Source: Candidatus Bathyarchaeia archaeon (lineage in GTDB: Bacteria; Hydrogenedentota; Hydrogenedentia; Hydrogenedentales; SLHB01). From it: a stretch of DNA of 64,000 nt. Each line of letters starts with the position of its first letter. Position 1 is the first letter of the stretch. A program made the position numbers and the translations under genes. Of the stretch, positions 51,267 through 59,555 are shown in pieces. Location of the stretch: the NCBI GenBank assembly GCA_035530195.1, contig DATKVG010000128.1, positions 597-64,596 on the forward strand. Direction: 5' to 3'. The notes below the pieces were generated by a model, which saw only the letters and a list, made by a program, of their open reading frames with translations, ran no database searches and was not told the origin of the DNA.

Positions 51267-52259
51267 ATGTGGCGCTTGGACGCTGTTTTAGTTTCAGCGG
51301 TTTTTGTACTGGCCGCTACGATTTCCGCAGCTGAGGAATTATTAGTTGATGCGGGGTATGCGCGAGGTTTCAATGTTACGGCAGCGCGGCATCCGGCTGC
51401 GAAGATCGAGTTGGGGCCGCTGCGGTTTCCGGAGGGGCCGGCGGGGGGCCGGTGTGGCGGCTGGCGCAGTGGGAATCGCGGCATTTGATCGAGCCGCGGG
51501 TGTTCGCGGCGGCGGATGACGGCAAGTGGGTTGCGGAGACGCTGGGGAAACGGGTGGTGGTCGAGCAGCTGCCGAAAGGGACACCCCCCACAACTGCCGG
51601 GGGGCGTCCCGACGGGATCTTGCTCGAGGTGAACGGCGGGGCCGAGTACGGCGGCCATTACCGGCGGATGGGCGAGTTCTGGCCGCACCTGTTGATCGAG
51701 CAGAAGTTCGATCCGCCGATCCAGGTGGCGACTGCGGGCGAGTTGCGGCTTGGGCTGGAGTTTCGGGTGGTGCGTTGCGGGGTCGTGCCGGGGATGGAGT
51801 CGGGGCTCGACCCGGGGTTACATACGGCGTAGATTTCCGCGTATTTCACCGTACACAGCGTGAGGGACGGCCAGCCCAACCCGGACGAGATGTTTTGGTT
51901 TGGCATCCCGCTGTTCGACACGCGGCACGAGGTCCCGCCGGGCCGCTATGCGCTGGATACAGCGCCGCTGTATCCAGCGCCGCTGGATATCGCCCCGGGC
52001 GGCGGCGGCAAGTTCATCTGCAACCTGGACGGCAACCGGTTCTGGCAAGGCAACACGGTCTACTATTCAACGCCGCGCCAACTCAGAACCGCCCGACTCA
52101 TGCTCTACCTCCACCTCATCAGCCGCTACGACCAGACCGGGCAAAAGTTCACGGCATTTCCCAAAAATCGATTCGATCTTCAAGCTGCGCCCGCGCCTGC
52201 TCGAGGTCGACAAAAAATGGATCTACACGCCGCCCGCCGGAGACGAGTGGTACATGTGA
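51267..52259 (+). pseudogene. Disrupted gene for an exported hypothetical protein (two frameshifts at homopolymers plus an in-frame TAG)
   Basis: Three ORF-track pieces (50994..51488, 51452..51832 and 51860.. / 51900..52259) read through as one protein. This requires a frame change at the G6 run (51443-51448), reading through the TAG at 51830-51832, and a frame change at the A5 run (52163-52167). Confidence 0.5.
51578..51610. repeat. Family-B palindrome GGGACACCCCCCACAACTGCCGGGGGGCGTCCC inside the disrupted ORF (33 bp, in frame)
   Basis: It matches the elements at 8579-8611, 8651-8670 and 9190-9215. It translates as KGTPPTTAGGRP. Confidence 0.65.
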
Positions 52260-52295
52260 TGGAAGTGCTCGGTGCTCAGTGTGAAGTTGACCGGT

Positions 52296-52331
52296 GGATC
52301 AGACGGATCCGACCGATCCGACGGATCAGAA
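52296..52331. repeat. 9-bp periodic mini-array (ggatcagac ggatccgac cgatccgac ggatcagaa)
   Basis: Read directly, between the pseudogene and the stop of 52355..55729. Confidence 0.55.
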
Positions 52332-52354
52332 ACAGGGCAGCGTTCCGCAACTTG

Positions 52355-55300
52355 TCAGCGAAGCGCGGGATGCACCGCCGGCTCCAGGCTGATCTGCACT
52401 TCGTGTTCCTGCCCCGCTTCCACCAATACGCGCGCCGTCCCTTCATAATATTGCTCATCCAAGAACCGGTGCGCCTTCACGTCATACTCGCCCGGAGGCA
52501 ATCCGCCCATCCGGAACTCGCCGGTCTCGTCACAGCCGGTTTGCGCATAATTTATCTGTCCGCTGTCCGCCGGCGTCACCTGCAGCCACGCACCCTCCAT
52601 CTCCACCGTCCCATAGATCGTGCCGAACATATTCGGCAACTCGGCGAGGTCAACCGTGACCTCCGTCATTTCGCCTGCGGTCACCACCGCGCTTACAATA
52701 CCCAACTGCCCCCGGTCCCGTGTCCTCATCATGATTTCGTACGGCCCCGCCGGCAGCCCCCGCCAGTCTGGTCCGTCCCAGGCATTGTACGCCTGCGCCC
52801 CAGCATCGGCGTTCGCTTGGCGGCACACCGTTGACACCGGCTCGCCCAGGGCTTCGGGATTCAGAAGTTGGACGACCAGCCGGCCCTCGGGCGCCAGGCG
52901 GATTGTCACCGGCCCGGTGTTTCCTGCTACAAGCGCGGGCAGAATCTGCGTCCCGTACCCCTCATGCCATGCCACCAGCCCCACGGTTTCGCCCGGCGTG
53001 AGGGGATCCAGCTTGAATTGCCCCTCATTATCCGTCTTGGCATCTACACACGTCGCGTAGCCGAGCGTGTCGCGGCTGTCTTCTCGCAGCACACGCGGAT
53101 TGAAATACGGCGGCGCGTAGGCGCAGAGGCGTGCACTCGGCACGGCCGCACCGGTCCGCTCCTCCACCACGCGCCCCGTGAGCTTCGCCCCGCGGCTCAG
53201 CTTGACCACCACATCTTGGATGCTCCCCCCCTCCGGCATCTCCAACCGCGCCGTTTGCTCCGGCGCGTAACCTTTTGCGCTTACGTCGAGGCGTACCGCC
53301 GGCGGCGCGACCTTATCCAGCACGAAAGCCCCGTCTTCAGAGTTCACCGGCGTCCACTCACTCTTGTACTCCGCCACACCTTCCGGCGTTGGGTACAAAC
53401 GCACATGACGGACCCGGTACTCCGTGACGGGCTCGCCCGTGGCCGCGTCAATCACACGGCCCGCCACGGTCCCAAACCCGTATACCACCAACTCCACGTC
53501 CGTCGCGCCCACCGCCACTGCATCCTGGCGGGCCCACTGGTAACCGTTCGGATACGCAGTGACCGTGCACTTGGTCACGTCCCCTAGCGACGTGAACGCA
53601 AACCGGCCGTCGTCGCCGGTCTGGGTTTCCTCGTTAACGGGTCGCTCCTCCGGGTAACTTGATGCAGTCACGCGAACGCCGCCTACTGGTTTCCCGGAAC
53701 TGTCGACCACCCGCCCGCTGACGACGCCGGGGGAATTTCGGTTGAGCGTGACCACGAGATCCGTGAGGTTATGCGCGGGCATCGTAAAGTCAAACTCGGG
53801 GGTCGCGTAGTTCACGTCCTTTTTGTAGATCCACAACGTGTACTCGCCGGGCTCCACGTGTGCGAATGAAAATCGGCCGTTTGTGGCGCTTTTCGCGCGC
53901 TCGCCCCGGCCCCCGTAGAAACACACTTCCGCGCCCGTAATCGGCGATCCGGCCTCGTCGCGCAACAAACCTTCCAGCCGGTTGCCCGCGCCCAGATGGA
54001 CGTCTACTCCATCCACACCGTTTAAATCCGCCAGAGTTACCGGCGCCGACGTTTTAAATGCAAAGTCCTCGTGCTTCGCAAGCACGGTATATGTGGGTTC
54101 GGTCGGCAGGCCGCGGAACTGGTAGCGGCCATCTTCTTGCGTTTTGAGTTCTTCATAATTGAAATAATTGGGCCACGGCATCAGACACACGCGCGCATCC
54201 GCCAGCGGAACGTCTCGCCCCTCATATACCGTCCCGGAAATCGATCCGCCCCGTTCCAGCCGAAAGTCCACGCCCGTCATCATCTGTCCGCTTCGTAGCG
54301 TCACCTCTTTGGGCGGCTCCCGGTAACCCGGAAAGACATAATCGGTCGCGTTTTGGACGCATTGGAAAAAGCACTTGACTGGAAACAGATCCACAAACTG
54401 GTACTGCCCCGCCGCATCGGTCTTTGCGGCCCGGTTGTCATGAAACACCTCCAGCATGTGCCACGCGGTTTGCTGGAGATTAATCTCCGTCCTAAACTGA
54501 CCAAACGCGAACTCACCCAGCGTCATCGGAAAATCAGGAATCGGGTCGCCGGTGGAATTGTCATACACCCGCCCGCTGATGCTCGCCATCGGCTCCAGCG
54601 CCAACTCGCCCACATCTCCTTCCGCACCAACATCCGCCCGGCTGGCAAGGCCCACGCCCGATTTGAATGCGTGCAACACGAACGTCCCCTCGGGCAACGC
54701 TTCGAAACGGAACTGGCCCGTGGCGTCTGTCTTGACGTTTGCGGTCGCGTCATGCCCCACGCCCACCACCACGTCGGCGTCGGCCACGGGTTGCCCGCCC
54801 TGGTCAACGACGCTGCCGACTAAGCCGGTAGCGGATGCATTGGCCGCCTGGCCAGTCTTCCGCGCGGCGGACGTGTCATGCGCCGGCGCAGAGGTCGTGA
54901 CGGGTTTGACGCCTTGTTGCGCAGAATCAGGCGCTGACGCCGCCACCCGTGGTGCGCCAGGCGCGGCCGGAAGCCCTCCTCGTTTGACTGCGGCGACCGA
55001 CACAACCGCCGCTATCAGTATGAGCACCCCACCGGCCACAGCAAGTTTCAACAAGCCCCCGCTTGCCGCCAATGCCGCCGCGCCACCCGTGGCGCCGCGA
55101 GACCCCGCCAACGCCAGTCTTCCCAGCGCCGCCGTAAGAGCCGCCGGGGCCGCCATGGCCGACTTACCCGCCAGCATGCCGGCCAACACGGCCGCGCCGA
55201 CGGAAATCCCGCGGCGCCTGAGGTGTTTCCGCGTCGATTCGATGCCGCGGGCGATCCGTACATTCACCGTCGTCCGCGACAGGCCCAGCGCTTCCGCCAC

Positions 55301-55729
55301 CGCCACCAATGACCGGCCTTCCAGAAAGTGCAGTACAATGGGTTGCCGCAGTTTCTCCGGCAGCGCCGCAATGGCCTCGTCCACGTACTGTTGCACGTCT
55401 TCCCACCCCGGCTCCGCCGGCGCCGCCAACTCCTTTGCGTACCGTTGCTCGCGCGCCACCCGGCGCAGTTGAGACTTGCGACGGTTGATGGCGTGGTTTG
55501 TTGCCACCACATACAGCCACGGGCCCAGCGGCTGGCGCCTCCTCGGCGCTTTTTGCGCCAGCGACAGAAAACACTCCTGTGCCGCGTCTTCCGCGTCGGT
55601 GTCGTTTCCCAATACGCGTCTGCACGTGGCGTACACCAATCCTGCATAACGTCCCGCAACTTCCGCAAACGCCTGCGCGTCACCCGAATCGCGCCAGCGT
55701 TCCAGCAAAGTCGCATCCCCTGAGTGCAT
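52355..55729 (-). CDS. ECF sigma factor fused to a TM helix and a ~850-aa extracytoplasmic array of carboxypeptidase-regulatory-like (CarboxypepD_reg-type) repeats
   Basis: Sigma region 2 (AEDAAQECFLSLA...PWLYVVATNHAINRRK) and region 4 (LPEKLRQPIVLHFLEGRSLVAVAEALGLSRTTVNVRIARG). The TM is LAVAGGVLILIAAVVSVAAV. Then there are about 8-9 repeats of the G-x-V-x-D-x-x-G-x-P-[IV] type (e.g. VSGRVVDSSGKPVGGVRVTA). The start at MHSGD (55729) has GAGGAG 7 nt upstream. The ORF track extends to 55780. Confidence 0.8.
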   Translation of the reverse strand: MHSGDATLLERWRDSGDAQAFAEVAGRYAGLVYATCRRVLGNDTDAEDAAQECFLSLAQKAPRRRQPLGPWLYVVATNHAINRRKSQLRRVAREQRYAKELAAPAEPGWEDVQQYVDEAIAALPEKLRQPIVLHFLEGRSLVAVAEALGLSRTTVNVRIARGIESTRKHLRRRGISVGAAVLAGMLAGKSAMAAPAALTAALGRLALAGSRGATGGAAALAASGGLLKLAVAGGVLILIAAVVSVAAVKRGGLPAAPGAPRVAASAPDSAQQGVKPVTTSAPAHDTSAARKTGQAANASATGLVGSVVDQGGQPVADADVVVGVGHDATANVKTDATGQFRFEALPEGTFVLHAFKSGVGLASRADVGAEGDVGELALEPMASISGRVYDNSTGDPIPDFPMTLGEFAFGQFRTEINLQQTAWHMLEVFHDNRAAKTDAAGQYQFVDLFPVKCFFQCVQNATDYVFPGYREPPKEVTLRSGQMMTGVDFRLERGGSISGTVYEGRDVPLADARVCLMPWPNYFNYEELKTQEDGRYQFRGLPTEPTYTVLAKHEDFAFKTSAPVTLADLNGVDGVDVHLGAGNRLEGLLRDEAGSPITGAEVCFYGGRGERAKSATNGRFSFAHVEPGEYTLWIYKKDVNYATPEFDFTMPAHNLTDLVVTLNRNSPGVVSGRVVDSSGKPVGGVRVTASSYPEERPVNEETQTGDDGRFAFTSLGDVTKCTVTAYPNGYQWARQDAVAVGATDVELVVYGFGTVAGRVIDAATGEPVTEYRVRHVRLYPTPEGVAEYKSEWTPVNSEDGAFVLDKVAPPAVRLDVSAKGYAPEQTARLEMPEGGSIQDVVVKLSRGAKLTGRVVEERTGAAVPSARLCAYAPPYFNPRVLREDSRDTLGYATCVDAKTDNEGQFKLDPLTPGETVGLVAWHEGYGTQILPALVAGNTGPVTIRLAPEGRLVVQLLNPEALGEPVSTVCRQANADAGAQAYNAWDGPDWRGLPAGPYEIMMRTRDRGQLGIVSAVVTAGEMTEVTVDLAELPNMFGTIYGTVEMEGAWLQVTPADSGQINYAQTGCDETGEFRMGGLPPGEYDVKAHRFLDEQYYEGTARVLVEAGQEHEVQISLEPAVHPALR

Positions 55730-55936
55730 AACCGACCTCCTCGACGATTCTAACCCATTCTGCCTATATAACAGCGCCAATGCCGGTTCTGATCAGAATA
55801 ATCTGCAGCGCAACAATCACAAGAATTTGTGGAACAAATGGAAAGCTGGTTGGCTCAATTCCAGCTTAGGCACAAGGCCGACTTCGCCGAAGTGGCCCTC
55901 GCTTTAGCGCCTCTTGCGTCTCTTGTGGTAAGCTTC

Positions 55937-58900
55937 TTACCGCAGCGCGGGATGGACAGCCGGCTGCATTTCGATTTGCACTTCGCGTTCCTGACCTGCC
56001 TCTACCAATACGCGGGCCTGGCCCTCGTAATCCTGCTCGTCCGAAAACCGGTACGCCTTCACATCATACTCGCCCGGCGGCAACCCGCCGATCCTGAACA
56101 TCCCACTCTCATCCGTGTACCCATAGGCATACATAGTGCGTTCACTTCCGGCGGGAGAGACATGTACGCTTGCCCACCCCAGCTCAATCACGCCATAAAC
56201 ACTGCCGAACGCCGCGCCCGCTGTCGCCAGGTCGGCGACTACCTCCGTGGTTTCCCCCGCCGCCACTTCCGCGCTAAGCACGCCTAACTGACGGCTGTCC
56301 GGCGTCTGAATTACGACTTCGTACTGTCCCGCCGGAAGCCCGCGCCACTCCGTTCCCGAATCGCCCTGATACGCACCGTCTACCTGGCGGCACCACGTCA
56401 GAACCGGCGCGTCAATAACGTGCGCGTTCTCAACGCGGACTACAAGCCTTCCTTCGGGTGCCAGCCGGATATCTAAAGGCACGGCGCCTTTGCCGACAAC
56501 GACCAGCGGCAGAATCTGTGTGGCGTAACCGTCATGCCATGCAACCACCCCCACCTTTTCGCCTGGCGTAAACGGGTCCAGCACAAATCTCCCATCGCCG
56601 CCAGCCATGGTGGATATGCACGTCTTCAGGTTCAAAACACCGAGGTTGTCCGATTCTCTTAGCAGCATCGAATTGAAATATGTCGGCGAATAAGCACGCA
56701 CGCGCGCACCCGGCACCGCCGCGCCTGTCCGCTCGTCAATAATCCGTCCCGCAAGACTGGCGCCGCGGTTCAGTTTCAGCACCACATCTTCAATGCTGCC
56801 GCCCTCAGCCAATTCCAGGCGCTCCGTTTGTCCGGGGGCATAACCTTTTGCGCTCACCTCGATGCGCGTGGCCGGCGGCGCGACATCGCCCAGCTGAAAA
56901 GCCCCGTCTTCCGACTGCACCGGGAACCAATCCCTGTCGTACTCCGATTCACCACCCCATGTGCCAGGCCCGAACTGGACATGCAGGATGCGATACTCCG
57001 TCACCGGCTCGCCGCTTCCCGCGTCAACCACCCGGCCCGACACCGTTCCAAATCGCTGCACCACAAGTTCGAGATCCGTCGTCCCCACCGGCACGTGGTG
57101 CTGTCGCACAAACGTATAGTTGCCGGGATAGGCGTCCACGGCGCACGTGTTCGCATCGCCAAGTTCTGTGAACTCAAACCGGCCATCTTCGTCCGTCACG
57201 GTTTCCGCGCTTGCAGATTTCCCGCTGGGCGTGCGCGTATCGCTGAATGCATTTACTCTAACGTCATGCAGCGGTTCCCCTGCGCTGGTTACCACCCGGC
57301 CCCGGATGACGCCCGGTGTGCTCCGGCTTAGCGTGATCACCAGGTCGAGCAGGTCGCCCGCCGGCATCGTGAAGGACAAATAAGGGCTTTCAAAACTCAC
57401 CTCGTCCTTGCGCACCCACAACTTATAATTGCCCGGCGCCACGTGCGCAAACGAAAACCGCCCGTTCGAATCGCTCGTCCTGCTGCCGCCGTGGTCGCTG
57501 AAATGGACGTCCGCTGCGGCAACGGGCGACCCCGTGTCGTCCAGGAGTGTTCCCTCCAGCTTGTAGCCCGACGTCAGGCGAAAATCAATGCCGGACACGG
57601 CGCGCGCATCGGTTAAAGCAACCGGCTCGCTCGTTTGGAGAGCATAATCCTTGTGTGACGCGGCGACCTTGTAGGTTCCTCCGGTCGGCAGGCCCCGGAA
57701 CTCATAAGCGCCATCCGCACCCGTTGTCACGCCTTCAAAGCCGAAGAACGAATGCTTCGCCGGGACCAGTTCCACCCACGCTTTTTCCAGCGCAACGCCC
57801 CGGTCATTCAATACGGTCCCCGAAATCGATCCGCCCCGCTCCAGTGCCAAATCGACGCCCATGAGGGTTTCGCCCCGCCGCACGACAATCTCCTTCGGCA
57901 TGTCGCGCATGCCGGGGAAAACATACTCGCCGTCTTTTTTCTCCTCCGGCCAATAGCCGTATTTTGCCGCAAGCAGATCCACGATTTCATACATGCCCGC
58001 GCCGTCGCTCTGGCCGTACCGGTGCCCTTCCTGGAATGACTCCAGCATGACGCGCGCGCTGTTAAGCAAATCATTGTCTATCTGGAATTGCACCAGTTGA
58101 AACGTCAGATGTGGAATGCCTTCCCCGCTGGCTTTATCGTAGACTCGCCCGCTGACTCTGCCCAGCGGCTCAAGCGTCAAATCACCAAGGTCTCCTTGCG
58201 ACGGAACGTCCTCGAGACTCGCAAGGCCAACCGCTGACTTGAATGCATGCAGCACGAACGGGCCCGCCGGCAAAGATTCGAAACAGAACCCGCCCGATGC
58301 ATCGGTCTGGACGCCCGCCGTCTTTTCGTCGCCCACCCCCACTACCACTTCCGCGCCAGCCACCGGCCCGCCGTTATCATCAACAACGCTGCCGACAAGC
58401 GCACCCCCGGCCGCCAAGACGTCCCCGTCGTCTAACGGCGCACTGGACGAATCCTCAGCAGGCGCTGAACCCGCTACGGCTGCTGTCGCCTCGTCCGCAG
58501 CCACGGCGGGTACAGCAACGGGAGTGACCGCCCCAACCCCAGTCTCCGCGCGCAAATTAACCACAAACACGGCAGCCGCCAATATGAAAAGCACCCCACC
58601 CACCCCGGCAAGCTTCAGTGCAATACCGCCCGCGGCCACGACCGCCGCGCCGCCCGCAGCGCCTCGCGTCCCCGCCAACGCAAGTTTCCCCAGCGCCGCA
58701 GTCAGACCCGCCGGAGCGGCTGTGCCTGTTTCAGCACTCAGCATGGCGGCAAGCGCAACCGCGCCCACTGAAATCCCGCGCCGCTTCAGTTGCTCCCGCG
58801 TCTCTTCAATTCCCCGGGCGATTCGCCCGCTCACCGTCGTCCGCGGCAATCCCATCGCTTCCGCGACCGCCGCCTGCGAACGACCCTCAAAGAAATGCAG

Positions 58901-59296
58901 CACGATCGGCTGGCGCAGTTTATCCGGCAGCGCCGCAACCGCCTCGTCCACGTACTGCTGCACATCATCCCAATCCGCTTCCGCCCCCCTCACCGTCTCC
59001 TCCGCATACCGATGCTCGCGCGCAACCCGGCGTACCTGCGACTTTCGCCGGTTTAGCGCCGAGTTTGTCGCCACAACGTAAAGCCACGGACCCAACGGCT
59101 GGCGCTTCTTCGGCGCCTTTTGCGCCAGCGACAGAAAACAATCCTGCACCACATCCTCGGCGTCGCTGTCGTTACCCAAAATACGCCGGCACGCGGAGTA
59201 CACCAGCCCCGCATACCGCGCCGCCAGTTCCGCAAACGCTTGCGCATCCCGTTCCTCGCGCCAGCGTTCCAGCAACACCGCGTCCCCTGAGTGCAT
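55937..59296 (-). CDS. ECF sigma factor fused to a TM helix and a carboxypeptidase-regulatory-like repeat array (tandem paralogue)
   Basis: It has the same architecture. The N-terminal ~100 aa and the C-terminal ~50 aa are near-identical to 52355..55729 by eye. The start at MHSGD (59296) has GAGGAG 7 nt upstream. Confidence 0.8.
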   Translation of the reverse strand: MHSGDAVLLERWREERDAQAFAELAARYAGLVYSACRRILGNDSDAEDVVQDCFLSLAQKAPKKRQPLGPWLYVVATNSALNRRKSQVRRVAREHRYAEETVRGAEADWDDVQQYVDEAVAALPDKLRQPIVLHFFEGRSQAAVAEAMGLPRTTVSGRIARGIEETREQLKRRGISVGAVALAAMLSAETGTAAPAGLTAALGKLALAGTRGAAGGAAVVAAGGIALKLAGVGGVLFILAAAVFVVNLRAETGVGAVTPVAVPAVAADEATAAVAGSAPAEDSSSAPLDDGDVLAAGGALVGSVVDDNGGPVAGAEVVVGVGDEKTAGVQTDASGGFCFESLPAGPFVLHAFKSAVGLASLEDVPSQGDLGDLTLEPLGRVSGRVYDKASGEGIPHLTFQLVQFQIDNDLLNSARVMLESFQEGHRYGQSDGAGMYEIVDLLAAKYGYWPEEKKDGEYVFPGMRDMPKEIVVRRGETLMGVDLALERGGSISGTVLNDRGVALEKAWVELVPAKHSFFGFEGVTTGADGAYEFRGLPTGGTYKVAASHKDYALQTSEPVALTDARAVSGIDFRLTSGYKLEGTLLDDTGSPVAAADVHFSDHGGSRTSDSNGRFSFAHVAPGNYKLWVRKDEVSFESPYLSFTMPAGDLLDLVITLSRSTPGVIRGRVVTSAGEPLHDVRVNAFSDTRTPSGKSASAETVTDEDGRFEFTELGDANTCAVDAYPGNYTFVRQHHVPVGTTDLELVVQRFGTVSGRVVDAGSGEPVTEYRILHVQFGPGTWGGESEYDRDWFPVQSEDGAFQLGDVAPPATRIEVSAKGYAPGQTERLELAEGGSIEDVVLKLNRGASLAGRIIDERTGAAVPGARVRAYSPTYFNSMLLRESDNLGVLNLKTCISTMAGGDGRFVLDPFTPGEKVGVVAWHDGYATQILPLVVVGKGAVPLDIRLAPEGRLVVRVENAHVIDAPVLTWCRQVDGAYQGDSGTEWRGLPAGQYEVVIQTPDSRQLGVLSAEVAAGETTEVVADLATAGAAFGSVYGVIELGWASVHVSPAGSERTMYAYGYTDESGMFRIGGLPPGEYDVKAYRFSDEQDYEGQARVLVEAGQEREVQIEMQPAVHPALR

Positions 59297-59414
59297 CACA
59301 AGTCTCCTCGCAGATTGTAGCTCATTCTGCCTATATAACAGCGCCGACGGCCGTCTTCGACGAAAACACAGTAGGGCCGACCTCCAGCTCGGCCCGGGCG
59401 TTTCTTTGCTCTTT

Positions 59415-59445
59415 CTCCAGACTCCGGACTCCAGACTCCGGACTA
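59415..59445. repeat. 15-bp tandem repeat (ctccagactccggac x2)
   Basis: Read directly, upstream of 55937..59296. Confidence 0.55.
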
Positions 59446-59498
59446 AAAAGACGCCCCGCGCCGCCTGGGGAAGGCTAAACGGCGGCGCGGGGCGTTTT
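59445..59498 (-). terminator. Strong (bidirectional-looking) terminator after the DUF3857 pair
   Basis: acgccccgcgccgcc-N15-ggcggcgcggggcgt is a 15-bp stem, flanked by aaaaag on one side and tttt on the other. Confidence 0.6.
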
Positions 59499-59555
59499 GG
59501 GTGAACCTATTTGCCGGCGCTGACGCGCCGTATGCGCCGGCCTACTGGGCCGCGC

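Noticed and set aside
51830-51832. In-frame TAG as programmed recoding (pyrrolysine or read-through).
   Set aside because: There are no pyl genes or recoding signals in the window. The same gene also has two frameshifts, so a pseudogene or sequencing error is more parsimonious.
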